A stretch of 64,000 nucleotides of DNA, from NCBI GenBank assembly GCA_963790305.1, contig CAWBOC010000003.1:96001-160000 (forward strand), read 5' to 3'. The stretch's first letter is position 1; the number at the start of each line of letters is the position of its first letter. The notes under the pieces are model-generated. The model was given only the letters and a program-made list of their open reading frames with translations, did not search any database and was not told the origin of the DNA. Below, piece by piece: positions 9,854 through 20,764 of the stretch. The DNA is from an uncultured Gemmatimonadaceae bacterium (GTDB lineage: Bacteria; Gemmatimonadota; Gemmatimonadetes; Gemmatimonadales; Gemmatimonadaceae). Position numbers and translations under genes: made by a program.

Positions 9854-11936
9854 TTTGTGCCGTGCGAGCGACAAGTCTGGACGCGACAACCTCAGCGATA
9901 TCGTATACGGGCGTGGACGCCTCCTTCGCCTTCGCCCCATCGGAGATCATCGTCATGCAGAACGGGCAGGCCGTCGCGATCGCCTCGGCTCCCGTGGCGA
10001 GCAGCTCTTCGGTGCGCTCGATGTTGATCCGCTTTCCCTCGCGCTCCTCCATCCACATCCGCCCGCCGCCCGCTCCGCAGCAGAGACCGCGCGAGCGCGT
10101 GCGCTTCGGCTCGGCCAGCGTCAGTACGGGAAGGGCCTTGCGAAGCGCCTCACGCGGGGCGTCGTAGACATCGTTGTAGCGCCCGAGGTAGCAGGAGTCG
10201 TGGTACACGATGCTCCGCGCGTCTCCATTGCCCTCGGCGAGCGGGATACGTCCCTCGTCGAGCAGCCGCTCAATGAACGTCGAGTGATGGATGACCTCGT
10301 AATCGCCACCAAGCTGCGGATACTCGTTGCCGATCTGGTGAAAGCAGTGCGGACAGATCGTCACCACTGTCCGCACCTGATAGCGATCCATCGTCTCGAT
10401 GTTGGCCTTTGCGAGCGTTTGCCACAGATACTCGTTGCCCATGCGACGCGCGGGATCTCCGTTGCACTGCTCTTCCTGACCCAGGATCGCGAACCTGATT
10501 CGCGCAGCCTGCATGATGCGCGCGAAAGCGACCGTGATGCGCTTGGCGCGATCGTCGAACGAGCCCATGCATCCCACCCAGAACAGCACGTCCGGCGCTT
10601 CGCCACGCTCCGTCATCTCGGCCATCGTCGGGATGTCGAGCCCATCGGCCCAGCGGGCGCGGTCGCCGGGGCTGAACGCCCACGGAGATCCCTGCCGCTC
10701 CATCGATTCGAACGCCGGTTGCACTTCAGCCGGGAACCGCGACTCCATGAGCACGAGATTGCGCCGAAGGTCGATGATCGTATCGAGGTGCTCGATGCCC
10801 ACCGGACACTCCTGAACGCACGCGCGACAGGTCGTGCACTGCCAGAGCTCCTCCTCCGTGATGTAGTGATCGAGGAGCCGGTGATCCATGATCTCGGTGA
10901 CCGTCCGCGCGCCGGCGTCATCCCCTTCCCCGTGCACCAGCCTCGGTTGCTCGACTTCGCGTACGTCACCAACCAGCACCGGCGCCTTTTCCATCAGCCG
11001 TTGCCGTGCGTTGATGATGATCTTGCGGGGACTCAAGACCTTCCCGGTGATGTTCGCCGGACAGGCCGCCGTGCATCGGCCGCATTCAGTGCACGAATAC
11101 CCGTCCAGAAGCTGCTTCCACGTCAGGTGCTCGACGTCCGATGCCCCGAACTGCTCCGCCCCTTCGGCTTCGAGGTCGAGGTGGGGGATCGCGCCCTTCG
11201 ATCCCATGCCCTGCGCGTTCGAGAAGTAGACGTTGGGAATGGAGCTGACAATGTGGAGGTGCTTCGAGTACGGCAGGTAATTGAGGAAGGCGAGGATGAG
11301 AATCGCGTGCGTCCACCAGCTCACATCATGTGCGAGGGCGGCCGACGACGGGCTCATGCCCGCGAGACCATTGGCGAGCGTGTGGGAGACGAACTTCTCG
11401 CCCACGACGGACGTGGGCTCGTTGACGAGCAGGAAGGCGTTGGTGAGAAACATCGTCACCATCAGCCCCGCGATCGCGCTCAGGATCAGTATCGCGTCGG
11501 CCTGTTCGAGCCCGTCACCGCGAAGCCGGCGTGGTCGCAGCACGAGCCGGCGAAAGAGCGCAAACGCGACCGCGAGCAACACCAGGACACCGAACACGTC
11601 CTGCGACACGGAGTAGACGCGGTACGCCCACGTCGGAAGAAAGCCGTACGAGAAGGGCGGGTAGACTCCCTGGGCGATCAGCTCGACGGTTCCGAGGGTC
11701 AGTACGATGAAGCCCCAGAAGATCATCGCGTGCATGATTCCAGGGCCGGGGTCGCGCATGAGCTTCGACTGGCCGAGCGCGACGACGAGGACGTTGCGGA
11801 GCCTCCTCGCCGGATGATCGCTGCGGTCGACCGCGCGACCAATGCGGAGATACCGAACCAGTCGCTCGACGTTGAGGGCGAAGAAGCCGCCCGCTGCCGC
11901 CACGAGCAGCAGGAATAGGACGTTCTGGGTCGTCAT
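9846..11936 (-). CDS. Membrane Fe-S oxidoreductase with CCG domains (FadF/ETF:menaquinone oxidoreductase-like)
   Basis: N-terminal TM region, [12 protein letters not shown] and [15 protein letters not shown] domains ([20 protein letters not shown]). Confidence 0.9.
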   Translation of the reverse strand: MTTQNVLFLLLVAAAGGFFALNVERLVRYLRIGRAVDRSDHPARRLRNVLVVALGQSKLMRDPGPGIMHAMIFWGFIVLTLGTVELIAQGVYPPFSYGFLPTWAYRVYSVSQDVFGVLVLLAVAFALFRRLVLRPRRLRGDGLEQADAILILSAIAGLMVTMFLTNAFLLVNEPTSVVGEKFVSHTLANGLAGMSPSSAALAHDVSWWTHAILILAFLNYLPYSKHLHIVSSIPNVYFSNAQGMGSKGAIPHLDLEAEGAEQFGASDVEHLTWKQLLDGYSCTECGRCTAACPANITGKVLSPRKIIINARQRLMEKAPVLVGDVREVEQPRLVHGEGDDAGARTVTEIMDHRLLDHYITEEELWQCTTCRACVQECPVGIEHLDTIIDLRRNLVLMESRFPAEVQPAFESMERQGSPWAFSPGDRARWADGLDIPTMAEMTERGEAPDVLFWVGCMGSFDDRAKRITVAFARIMQAARIRFAILGQEEQCNGDPARRMGNEYLWQTLAKANIETMDRYQVRTVVTICPHCFHQIGNEYPQLGGDYEVIHHSTFIERLLDEGRIPLAEGNGDARSIVYHDSCYLGRYNDVYDAPREALRKALPVLTLAEPKRTRSRGLCCGAGGGRMWMEEREGKRINIERTEELLATGAEAIATACPFCMTMISDGAKAKEASTPVYDIAEVVASRLVARTAQTA

Positions 11937-11986
11937 CCGCGGAAGGTAGCAAACAAGAACGGGCCGCCGTAAGGCGACCCGGACTC

Positions 11987-12060
11987 AAATGCTGAATGCG
12001 TAACACGGAACGCGGAAGCCGATCGGCTGGCCCTTATTCGACTTCCGCGTTCCGCATTCG
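11987..12060. repeat. GAATGCG-type heptamer palindromic repeat
   Basis: aatgctgaatgcg..ggaacgcggaag pairs with cttccgcgttccgcattcg. Confidence 0.6.
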
Positions 12061-12080
12061 TCGTTCTTCCTACACTCGCA

Positions 12081-12725
12081 CTAGAAGCCGAGCTTGAGAC
12101 CCAGCGTGAACGCGAAGTTGTGCGACGTTCCCGCGTCCTGCAGATCGTTCGGATCGTTCGCGTTGCGGAACTCATCCCACTTGAACGACGAGATGTAGTC
12201 CTTCGCCATCAGACGCAGGCCAAGGGCGCCCACGTTGAAGTCCGCGCCGAGTCCGGCGTTGAAGGCCACGTTGGTGGTGCCGTCCGCCTGGAAGTCATTG
12301 CGGTCGGCGGTGAACTTGATCGCGCCGACACCGGCCTGGGCGAAGGGCGAGAAAACACCCGCGCCTGCCGCGATCGGGAACTTGAGCTGCAGGTTGCCGT
12401 CGTACAGCCACACGCCTACGTCACCGGCGAAGCTCTCGCCCGGACCGGCGAACTCGAACTCCCAGTTGGTGCGCGAGTAGCCGAAGTTGCCGACGAGGGC
12501 GAGGTTCGGCGTCATGTCGATCCCCAGCTGCACGCCGTAGATCGCGCCGTTGTCGTTCGTGAACTCGGCGCCATTGGCGGTTTCGAAGTGGTCGCCGTAA
12601 GCGACGTAGCCCACATAGGGGGTCAGGCTGAAGACGCTGGGCTGTCCCGTCACCACGGACGACTGCGCGGCGAGCGGAGCCGCAATCGCGGCCACAAGCG
12701 CTGCGCTGACAAGGAACTTTTTCAT
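12081..12725 (-). CDS. Outer membrane beta-barrel protein
   Basis: Signal peptide, amphipathic strands, C-terminal GLKLGF. Confidence 0.85.
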   Translation of the reverse strand: MKKFLVSAALVAAIAAPLAAQSSVVTGQPSVFSLTPYVGYVAYGDHFETANGAEFTNDNGAIYGVQLGIDMTPNLALVGNFGYSRTNWEFEFAGPGESFAGDVGVWLYDGNLQLKFPIAAGAGVFSPFAQAGVGAIKFTADRNDFQADGTTNVAFNAGLGADFNVGALGLRLMAKDYISSFKWDEFRNANDPNDLQDAGTSHNFAFTLGLKLGF

Positions 12726-12831
12726 ACGACCTCACTGCTGGTGGTTGACCGATCGGCCAGCACGGAATCGCGGCCGTCAGGTACCCCCTGCAAACGCACG
12801 CTCCATGCCCGAAACCGTGAAAAATGCGAAG

Positions 12832-12855
12832 CGGGCGGGGTAATTTCCCCGCCCG
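12832..12855 (-). terminator. Hairpin downstream of etfA (possible terminator)
   Basis: cgggcgggg-taattt-ccccgcccg, a perfect 9-bp stem. Confidence 0.5.
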
Positions 12856-12889
12856 TTGACGATTGCGTAACTTGTTAATAAATAGTGAG

Positions 12890-13876
12890 TTAGTGGCCCT
12901 TCTTGGCCTCACGAACCGCTGCCGTCAACGCCGGCACGATCTCCAGGGCATCGCCGACGATTCCGTAGTCGGCGACCTTGAAAATGGGGGCCTCTTTGTC
13001 GCGGTTGATGGCTACGATGGTCTTGGCCGTTCGCATTCCGGCGAGGTGCTGAATTGCCCCGGAAATTCCCACCGCGACGTACAGCTGCGGACTGACCGTG
13101 CGGCCAGTCTGGCCAATCTGATCGCTCTGCGGGCGCCAGCCGTCGTCGGCCACGGCTCGCGTGCACCCCACGGCCGCGTTGCCGAAGGCGTCAGCAAGCT
13201 CCTCCACCAGGCGGAAGTTCTCGGCCGCCCGGAGCCCCCGGCCCCCACTCACGATCACCGGCGCCTCCCCGAGGTCGGGCTTTCCGCTCCGCCCCTGCAC
13301 CATTTCCTTGACGACGACCCGGGCCGTCGCCGGGTCCATCGCAGGAGCAAGGGACTCGACGCGCCCCGGCTTGGCGTTGGCCACCGGGGTGAACGCGCCC
13401 GGCCGGATCGATACGATCGCCGGTTTGGCGCTCAACGTCAGCGTTTGCACGACCTTGCTGGCGTAGCCAGCATGCTTCGCGCTGATGCTCTCCCCCGACT
13501 TCTCCAGCGACAGGACGTCGGCCGCCATGGGCACCCCGAGCTTGGCGGCAACGCGAGGTGCCAAGTCCTTCCCCTGCGCCGACGCGCTGAAAACAACCGC
13601 CGAGTAGCCACCCTCCTTCGCGCGAGCGGCGGCCGTCGCAGCCGCAACCTCGGCGCTATGATTGGCCAATGCCGGATGCTCGACGACGAGGACGACATCG
13701 GCACCGTGACGACCCAGCTGGTCCACCTTCGAGGCCAGCCCCGGGGCCCCAAGCAGCAATGCGTGAACCTCGCCGCCGTCGCCGTCCGCCAGCGCGCGTG
13801 CCGCGGTAACGGCTTCCAGGGCGACTTTGCGCAGCTCGCCGCCGCGCGTCTCGGCGAATGCCAGTACGTTGGCCAT
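12890..13876 (-). CDS. etfA: Electron transfer flavoprotein alpha subunit
   Basis: IVSGGRG, QIGQTG and GISGAIQHLAGM motifs. Confidence 0.96.
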   Translation of the reverse strand: MANVLAFAETRGGELRKVALEAVTAARALADGDGGEVHALLLGAPGLASKVDQLGRHGADVVLVVEHPALANHSAEVAAATAAARAKEGGYSAVVFSASAQGKDLAPRVAAKLGVPMAADVLSLEKSGESISAKHAGYASKVVQTLTLSAKPAIVSIRPGAFTPVANAKPGRVESLAPAMDPATARVVVKEMVQGRSGKPDLGEAPVIVSGGRGLRAAENFRLVEELADAFGNAAVGCTRAVADDGWRPQSDQIGQTGRTVSPQLYVAVGISGAIQHLAGMRTAKTIVAINRDKEAPIFKVADYGIVGDALEIVPALTAAVREAKKGH

Positions 13877-14628
13877 CAGAGAACCTTTGCCTCGGTTTGC
13901 AGCAGCCTCACGAGCTCCGGCACTGCCGCCGCCCCTTCCCCGATGATCCGTCCTCCCTGGCGATCGGGGGGAAGCTCCGTCTTCGTCACCTCGAGCCGTG
14001 TCGCCTCGAGCTGCGCCGGCTTCGACTCGAGCGGCTTCTTCTTCGCCGCCATGATTCCCTTGAGCGAGGGATATCTCGGACGCGCGATCCCCTCGTCGAT
14101 GCTCACGACGGCGGGTAGGGGAAACTCCACGATCTCCGCCGCGCCCTCGAGCTCGCGCCGCGCCGTGCCCTTCCCCGGCTCGACATCCAGCTTCGATACC
14201 GCCGAAACGTTAGGCAGCCCCAGCAGCTCTGCGGTCATGGGTCCGACGACGCCGCTCATCGTGTCCATGGCGTGCTTGCCGAACATGATGAGGTCGAAGC
14301 CGCCCGACTTGAGCTCGACGGCGAGCGCGCGCGCGACCGCGAAGCCGTCGGACGGCACACGATCGGCTTTCAGGTGGATCGCGCGCGCCGCGCCCATGCT
14401 CAGCGCCTTGCGCAACGCTTCCTGCACGGCGTCCGGTCCGAGCGAGACCACGACGACCTCGCCCTGCCCGAGCTTCTCGGTGATCTGAAGAGCGACCTCG
14501 ACCGCGTATCCGTCGAAGTCGCTCATGTCGAACTTGAGACCGGTCTCGTCGACGATCTTTCCGTCACCGCTGATCCGGAAGCGTGATTCCATGTCGGGCA
14601 CGCGCTTGATGCACACGGCGATCTTCAC
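13876..14628 (-). CDS. etfB: Electron transfer flavoprotein beta subunit
   Basis: MKIAVCIKRVPD, ALSMGA and PRYPSLKGIMAAKKK motifs. Confidence 0.96.
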   Translation of the reverse strand: MKIAVCIKRVPDMESRFRISGDGKIVDETGLKFDMSDFDGYAVEVALQITEKLGQGEVVVVSLGPDAVQEALRKALSMGAARAIHLKADRVPSDGFAVARALAVELKSGGFDLIMFGKHAMDTMSGVVGPMTAELLGLPNVSAVSKLDVEPGKGTARRELEGAAEIVEFPLPAVVSIDEGIARPRYPSLKGIMAAKKKPLESKPAQLEATRLEVTKTELPPDRQGGRIIGEGAAAVPELVRLLQTEAKVL

Positions 14629-14629
14629 A

Positions 14630-15805
14630 TCACGCTCCGAACGCGTTGAGTCCCGTCACCGCCTGGCCAAGTACCAGCGTGTGCACATCGTGCGTGCCCT
14701 CGTACGTGTACACGCTCTCGAGGTTCGCCATGTGGCGCATGGCCGAGTACTCGGCGAGGATCCCGTTCGCTCCAAGCAGACGTCGTGCCTCGCGGGCGAT
14801 ATCGGTGGCGATGTGCACGTTGTTCCGCTTGGCGAGCGAGACCTGCTGCGGAGTGAAGTCCCCGCGATCCTTGAGGCGCCCGAGCTGCACGCACAGCAGC
14901 TGGCCTTTCACGATCTCGGTGAGCATCTCGGCCAAACGCAGCTGCTGCAGCTGAAAGCCGCCGATGGGACGGTCGAACATGATGCGGGTCTTCGAGTACG
15001 AGGCGGCTTCCTCGAAGCAGGCGATGGCGGCGCCCAGCGCGCCCCACGAGATCCCGTAGCGAGCCTGTGTGAGGCACATCAGCGGGCTCTTGAGCCCGCC
15101 CGACTTCGGAAGCAGCGCATCCTTGGGGACGCGAACGTCCTCGAGCACGAGCTCGCTCGTATCGGAGGCGCGTAAGGAGAGCTTCCCCTTCTGGTCTTTC
15201 GCGCGAAAGCCTTTCGTGTTCGTCGGGACGATGAAGCCGCGGATCGAGCGCTGATCCTTGTCGTCGTTCGTCTTGGCCCAGACGACCGCCGCATGCGCGG
15301 TGGATCCGTTGGTGATCCACATCTTGGCGCCGTTGATCACCCAGGAGCCGTCACTCTGCTCGCGAGCCATGGTGATCATCCCGGCCGGGTTGGAGCCGAA
15401 GTCAGGCTCGGTAAGGCCGAAGCATCCGATGATCTCGCCCGACGCCATCTTTGGCAGGTAGTGCCGCTTCTGCTCCTCGCTGCCGAACGCGTAGATCGGG
15501 TACATGACGAGCGCGCCCTGAACCAATGCGAACGAGCGCACACCGGAATCGCCGCGTTCGAGCTCCTGCATGATGAGCCCGTAGGCGACGTTGTTGAGCC
15601 CCGCGCATCCGTACTCCTCGGGCAGATTGGCTCCGAAGACGCCGAGCTCGGCAAGTCCGGGAACGATCTCCTTCGGGAATCGGCCTTCGACATAGCACTC
15701 CCCGATGATCGGCAGCACGTTGTCGTCGACGAACCGGCGAACGGAGTCGCGAACTGCTATCTCCTCTTCGCTGAGCAGCGAATCGATATTGTAGAAATCT
15801 TGCAT
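14630..15805 (-). CDS. Acyl-CoA dehydrogenase (glutaryl-CoA dehydrogenase-like)
   Basis: GCFGLTEPDFGS, NGAKMWITN and NLESVYTYEGTHDVH motifs; start at MQDFY. Confidence 0.92.
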   Translation of the reverse strand: MQDFYNIDSLLSEEEIAVRDSVRRFVDDNVLPIIGECYVEGRFPKEIVPGLAELGVFGANLPEEYGCAGLNNVAYGLIMQELERGDSGVRSFALVQGALVMYPIYAFGSEEQKRHYLPKMASGEIIGCFGLTEPDFGSNPAGMITMAREQSDGSWVINGAKMWITNGSTAHAAVVWAKTNDDKDQRSIRGFIVPTNTKGFRAKDQKGKLSLRASDTSELVLEDVRVPKDALLPKSGGLKSPLMCLTQARYGISWGALGAAIACFEEAASYSKTRIMFDRPIGGFQLQQLRLAEMLTEIVKGQLLCVQLGRLKDRGDFTPQQVSLAKRNNVHIATDIAREARRLLGANGILAEYSAMRHMANLESVYTYEGTHDVHTLVLGQAVTGLNAFGA

Positions 15806-15890
15806 GGGCCGGATGATAGCCGACTGCGGCGATAAGAGGGAGTCGAGTGCGTGAACTTCGAGCCAGCCGGATGAGCGCGGGACTGAAGGC

Positions 15891-16775
15891 ATGAGAGCGA
15901 CCAAACGCACCGGTATCCAGCTTCTCCTGGGCGTGGCGGGGATCGCCGTCATCAGGCTGTATCTGCGCCTTTTCGGCCGAACGGTTCGGAAGGCCAATGT
16001 ACCCTGGCTGCTCGGACCGACCGGCCACGAGGGCGAGATCGGTGAACGCCCCTACCAGCTAGTCGCGGAGCGCGAAGGGCTCACCATCGAACGCGATGCC
16101 GTCGACGCCGGACTCATCCCGGACTTCAGCCTGCTCACCGGTCCAGGGTTCGACCCATCAAAGACGGCTCCCGCGGTGCGGCATTTCTACGAGCATACGG
16201 CACGATACGATCTCGACGTTTGGTCGGAGACTCGGTTTCCTGGGCGGCTATTCCTTTGGCTGATCGTTTCGACGGTGAGCCGGCACATGAATCAGCTGAA
16301 CTTTCCGGTTCTCGGGCTGGAGACGAGTCGCGGGATGACCAGCGAGGTCCTTCCCCTGCGCGACAAGACTGGTCGCGCGGTTCACACCGGCTGGCAGAGA
16401 CGACTACTGGAGAGCGGCCGGATCATCTACAGCGGCTTCTACACGACGGTGCAGCCGCCGCGTAGCACGTCCCCCTGTGTGAAGGTCGTTTTCCCGGTTC
16501 CGCGGGGAAACGCGACGGTGCTCCTGCGGCCCGAGTACGACAAGGCGGGACGCTTCCGGTTGGTGTCCGCGGGCTCGGGTTTCGGCGACGCGGGCTTCTA
16601 CCGCGTGCTGGAACTGGACACCGAACGATTGAAGGTTCGGTACCTGAAGACGCTGCGGGAGCGCTTCGAGGTCTATACGGACGAGCATGATGTTCTACGA
16701 TGTGATCACGAGGTCCGTTTCCTAGGAATCACGATGCTGCGGCTGCACTATCGCATGCGTCCACGTGCGAGCTGA
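15891..16775 (+). CDS. Hypothetical protein (YndJ-like)
   Basis: 294-aa ORF with VRHFYEHT and VVFPVPRGN motifs. Confidence 0.6.
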   Translation: MRATKRTGIQLLLGVAGIAVIRLYLRLFGRTVRKANVPWLLGPTGHEGEIGERPYQLVAEREGLTIERDAVDAGLIPDFSLLTGPGFDPSKTAPAVRHFYEHTARYDLDVWSETRFPGRLFLWLIVSTVSRHMNQLNFPVLGLETSRGMTSEVLPLRDKTGRAVHTGWQRRLLESGRIIYSGFYTTVQPPRSTSPCVKVVFPVPRGNATVLLRPEYDKAGRFRLVSAGSGFGDAGFYRVLELDTERLKVRYLKTLRERFEVYTDEHDVLRCDHEVRFLGITMLRLHYRMRPRAS

Positions 16776-16809
16776 TTCCTGTACACCGTCTCCAAACTGC
16801 GAGAGTCGA

Positions 16810-17210
16810 ATGAAGTTCATGCTTCTGGTCTACAACGATGACACACTGGTCGATACGCTGCCCCACGGGCACGCCGACGCGATGATGCGCGACTGCCTGT
16901 CGCATGCCGACGAGCTGCGTCGGGAGGGGCGGCTGATCGAATCGCAAATGCTGGAAAGCGCGTCGTCCGCGAAGTCGGTACGGATTCGCAACGGACAGGT
17001 GAAAGCGATCGACGGTCCCTTCGCCGAGACGAAGGAAGTGCTGGGCGGCTTCAATCTCATCGAGGCAAAGGACATGGACGAGGCGGTCGAGATTGCGGCC
17101 CAATTCCCGTGGGCTCGAACGGGCTGCGTCGAGATTCGCCCGGTGCGGGACATCGGAGCCGTCCGCCAGCGCGTCGGCGCGAGTCGCGACGCGGCGCCGG
17201 TGACGGATTA
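16810..17210 (+). CDS. YciI/DGPF-family protein
   Basis: MKFMLL...DGPFAETKEVLGGF...VEIRP. Confidence 0.9.
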
Positions 17211-17215
17211 GCTCC

Positions 17216-17944
17216 TCAGGCCTGCTTTCGTACCTCGTCGCGCAGCACCACGCGTCGCGCGGTCGGCTCGACCCCCACCTCGCGAGCTTTCCGCCGAAAC
17301 TCCCGCCCGTGATCGATGGGCATCCCGTTCTCCGCCTGCCACTGATGCACCATCTCGTGCAACAGGGTGTGCAGGGCTTCTTCCCACCCGTGTCGTCGGA
17401 TGTGCCGGCGGCTGATCGTGATCTCCGCGGGGCGGCCGTTAGCGCAGGACGCGCTGTACTGCCCGAGGCGGTTCCGCATGCGGCCGGAGATGCGGATCGC
17501 GATGCGGGAGAGCCGTCCACCGAAGAGCATCGCGTTGTAGTGCTCGTGCGACCGCGCGAGCTCCTCGATGAGCGGAATGTCCGAGGGACGAGGATGCGGC
17601 GTGTGCTCGCGCCGCGCCCGCATGGCGTGAACGGGAATGGGATGCTCGAGGATGACCCGTTGCGCGGCACTCCGCGCGCGTCGCGTGCGCCCGCTGACGA
17701 ACGCGACGATCGCGCAGTGCACCTCGTGTGGCGCGTCGAGGTAGCCGCGATTCAGCCGCAGGACGCCACCGCGAAATGAGATCATGACCGAGCGGTTGTG
17801 CGTCAGCATGCACCGGTCGATCCCGTTCAGCCCCAGCCGGCGCAGCCGGACGAGCAGCTCGTCGGCCGACGCTGGCGGGCGGTCGAGCTCGAGCGGCAGC
17901 TGCTCGGTTACGAGGGACAACATCCGCCGCATCAGACCGCTCAT
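17216..17944 (-). CDS. SprT-like zinc metalloprotease
   Basis: TLLHEMVHQW and HGREF motifs. Confidence 0.85.
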   Translation of the reverse strand: MSGLMRRMLSLVTEQLPLELDRPPASADELLVRLRRLGLNGIDRCMLTHNRSVMISFRGGVLRLNRGYLDAPHEVHCAIVAFVSGRTRRARSAAQRVILEHPIPVHAMRARREHTPHPRPSDIPLIEELARSHEHYNAMLFGGRLSRIAIRISGRMRNRLGQYSASCANGRPAEITISRRHIRRHGWEEALHTLLHEMVHQWQAENGMPIDHGREFRRKAREVGVEPTARRVVLRDEVRKQA

Positions 17945-18762
17945 GCCGCGAAGCTCCGCTCGGGCCCGGCGACAAACGCGCTCTTGTCCCGCGACCAAAT
18001 GAGGGTCGCGACGTGAATCTTTTGCTCGCTGAGCTCGATGACGTTGATACTCGACGGCCTGCCGCCGCGCGAACGGTTCGAGACCGTACCGGCGGTCGAG
18101 ATGACGGTGCCCCGTTTCGTGTGCTCGATGTAGTGCACCGCCTCCTGATGGTCGTGGCCGCACAGCACCACGTGGACGCCGAGATCGGCGAACGCGCCGA
18201 GGATGCGCGGTGTGTTGCGCAGGCCGTGCCGCTGCGAGAGCTCGCCCTTCACGGGATTGTGATGCATGACGATGACGCGCCAGTCGTCAGGCGGAGACGT
18301 GGCAAATTCCTTCTCGGCGCGCTCGAGCTGGGATTTCTTGAGGGCCCCGATAATGCCAATGTCGCGCAGGTTCCAGGTGAGCGTATGACGCGACACGCCC
18401 TGCGCGGTCAGAAGCCCGACGAAGGTGGCGCCGGGAACGCGCAGCACCGGCTCCAGCTCCTTGTCGATGTACGCCATGTAGTTCGCGTACATGGCGTCAC
18501 TCGAGCCGATCGCCATGGGGGCGCGCCACCACTTCACGTCGTGGTTCCCGGGCACGACGATCGTCTTGCTGACCCGCTGCGCGTGGCGGATGAACGCGCG
18601 GGCGCGCTGGAACTCGCCCGAGCGCGCCCGCTGTGACAGGTCGCCGGAAATGGCGACGACGTCGAATTTCTCCTCCTGAATGACCGCCTCGATCGCCTCG
18701 ATCTGCTCAGGGACGGCGGGCTTCCCGAAGTGCAGGTCGGAGGCGTGGAGGACTCGGGTCAT
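17941..18762 (-). CDS. Metallophosphoesterase (CpdA-like)
   Basis: SDLH, SGD, PGNHD, HH and CGHDH motifs. Confidence 0.88.
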   Translation of the reverse strand: MTRVLHASDLHFGKPAVPEQIEAIEAVIQEEKFDVVAISGDLSQRARSGEFQRARAFIRHAQRVSKTIVVPGNHDVKWWRAPMAIGSSDAMYANYMAYIDKELEPVLRVPGATFVGLLTAQGVSRHTLTWNLRDIGIIGALKKSQLERAEKEFATSPPDDWRVIVMHHNPVKGELSQRHGLRNTPRILGAFADLGVHVVLCGHDHQEAVHYIEHTKRGTVISTAGTVSNRSRGGRPSSINVIELSEQKIHVATLIWSRDKSAFVAGPERSFAA

Positions 18763-19779
18763 CGCAACCTCGCGATGATCGCGCTGGTGAACTCGTCGGT
18801 GGTTGCCGTCCCCCCGAGATCGCCGGTCAGCGTCTTTCCCTCCCGGATCGTGGCGTAGAGCGCGTCGCGAATCCGCGTCGCGCGCGCGTGGTCTCCCACA
18901 TGATCGAGCATCATGCATGCCGCGAGCAAGAGTGCGCCGGGATTGGCGACGCCCTTGGTCGCGATGTCGGGCGCTGTCCCGTGCACTGCCTCGAAGATCG
19001 CCGCCTTCGCGCCAATGTTCGCGCCTGGCGCGAGTCCCAGGCCACCGACCAGCCCCGAGATCTGATCGGACAGGATGTCACCGAACAGGTTCGTCGTCAC
19101 GATGACATCGAACGCCTCGGGGCGCATTACGAGACTCATTGCCATCGCATCGACGATCTTCTCCTCGACCTCGATGCGTCCATCATACTGTTTCGCGATT
19201 TCACGCCCCACGTCGAGGAACAGCCCCTGTGAGAACTTGAGGATGTTGGCCTTGTGGACGATGGTCACCTTCCGGCGCCCATGCTTCACCGCGTACTCGA
19301 ACGCGTACCGGTGAATGCGCTCCGATCCTGCCCTCGTGATGATCGCCACCGATTCCGCGGCGGCATGAGGATCGTCTCCGATCTTGATGTAGTGCTCGAC
19401 GCCGACGTAGAGTCCCTCGGTGTTCTCCCGCACGAGCACGAGGTCGACGTTGTCGTAGCGCCGGCGTCCCGGCGTCACCGACTTCGCGGGGCGAACGTTG
19501 GCGTAGAGATCGAACTCCTTTCGCAGGGCGACGTTCACCGAGCGGTAGCCCGAGCCGACGGGCGTCTCGAGCGGACCCTTGAGCGCCAGGTGCGTCCGCG
19601 AGATCGACGCGAGCGTCTCGTCAGGCATCGGATCGTCGTGGCTCGGCGACGGCGGCCATGCCGGCGAGCTTTCGATCCCATGCGATGTCGGCGCCGGCCG
19701 CCTCGACGATGCGAACGGTCGCCTCGGTGATGCCGGGGCCGATGCCGTCGCCGGGAATGAGCGTTATCGGGATGGGCAT
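18759..19779 (-). CDS. Isocitrate/isopropylmalate dehydrogenase family protein (frameshifted near 19630)
   Basis: N-terminus MPIPITLIPGDGIGP lies in another frame; RENTEG, VHKANI, NLFGDILSD and FEAVHGTAPDIA motifs. Confidence 0.9.
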
Positions 19780-19855
19780 GAAAGCTGGCTTAGCGCGCGG
19801 GAGTCATTGATTCGCGGAGAACTGCGAGCTGCGAACTGCGAACTGCGCAGTCGTT

Positions 19856-20500
19856 CTATGGTGCCGCCACCTGGTCGGCCAGACTGTTGGCGACGCTTGC
19901 GATGACACCGCGACCGTAGGTCGACGCCGTATCTCCCCGCACATCGCCACCCCACGTCGCGCGCGAGAGACGCGCGTCGAGCAAGAGCACGTGCAGGACC
20001 GCGCGGCCCGCGCCGCCGACTCTTCTCGAACCGCAGCTCGACGGGGAACAGCGCGTAGCGCGCGCCATGCAGCGCAACGAGCGACGCGCAGCTGCGAGGC
20101 CAGGGGCTCGCCAAGCTGGCCGTCGGACCGGCGTCGCGCGAGTGGACGCAGCCCTTCGGCCGCCAATGCCCGGGGATCCGGCGAGTGGGCCGCATTGCGC
20201 TGCGCCGAGCGGACGAGCTGCTCGGGAAAACCCACTTCGTGCGGAAGCCGCGCTCGCCGAGCGCGAAGGCGATCTCATCATCGACGTCGCTCGAGCAGCT
20301 GACGCGGCCGCTCGACCGCCTCGGCCCAACCAAGACTGTCGCCGGGTCGCAGGTAGTGCGTGGGGATGACGATGACCTGTTGTCCCGCGAGCCCGGCGAG
20401 CGGGCGATTTGGCAGCGGGGCGACCTGTGCGTTTGGATCGGGGCCGCGTGAGCAGGCGGCAACGAGGGCGAGGCTGGCAAGTGAGAGCGAGGCGCTTCAC
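19856..20500 (-). CDS. Hypothetical secreted/lipoprotein (multiple frameshifts)
   Basis: Fragments MKRLAL.., VDDEIAFALGERG..KWVFP, RYALFPVELRFE and RAVLHVLLLDAR..WGGDV in successive frames. Confidence 0.5.
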   Translation of the reverse strand: MKRLALTCQPRPRCRLLTRPRSKRTGRPAAKSPARRARGTTGHRHPHALPATRRQSWLGRGGRAAASAARATSMMRSPSRSASAASARSGFSRAARPLGAAQCGPLAGSPGIGGRRAASTRATPVRRPAWRAPGLAAARRSLRCMARATRCSPSSCGSRRVGGAGRAVLHVLLLDARLSRATWGGDVRGDTASTYGRGVIASVANSLADQVAAP

Positions 20501-20764
20501 GAGGGTCCAGGTTTGGTCGAGCGAAAAGCTAACTGGAGAAACGGCAAAGATGACAGAGCATTCAGAATGCTGAGGTAACTCGAGGAATCGAGTGACACGA
20601 GGCGCGACGGCCGTCCCGTCGCGCACGTCGTAGCGTCTTGATCCGCATTCGAGCATTCCTGAACGTCTCGTCATCTTTGCCGTCTCACGAACTCAACGGG
20701 TTTGACCAGCGACGCGTGCCACGCGCAATTTACCGCGCGCCAATACCCCAAGAGCCTCGTACCC

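Noticed and set aside
9825..11918. Long antisense ORFs (also 12863-14488, 5773-7095, 59577-60779)
   Set aside because: These are shadows of real genes caused by high-GC codon bias, with Arg-rich composition and no motifs.
12795..12811. Possible sigma54 promoter (GGGCATG-N4-GTGC) upstream of the beta-barrel gene
   Set aside because: It has several mismatches to TGGCACG-N4-TTGC, so it is too weak in a high-GC background.
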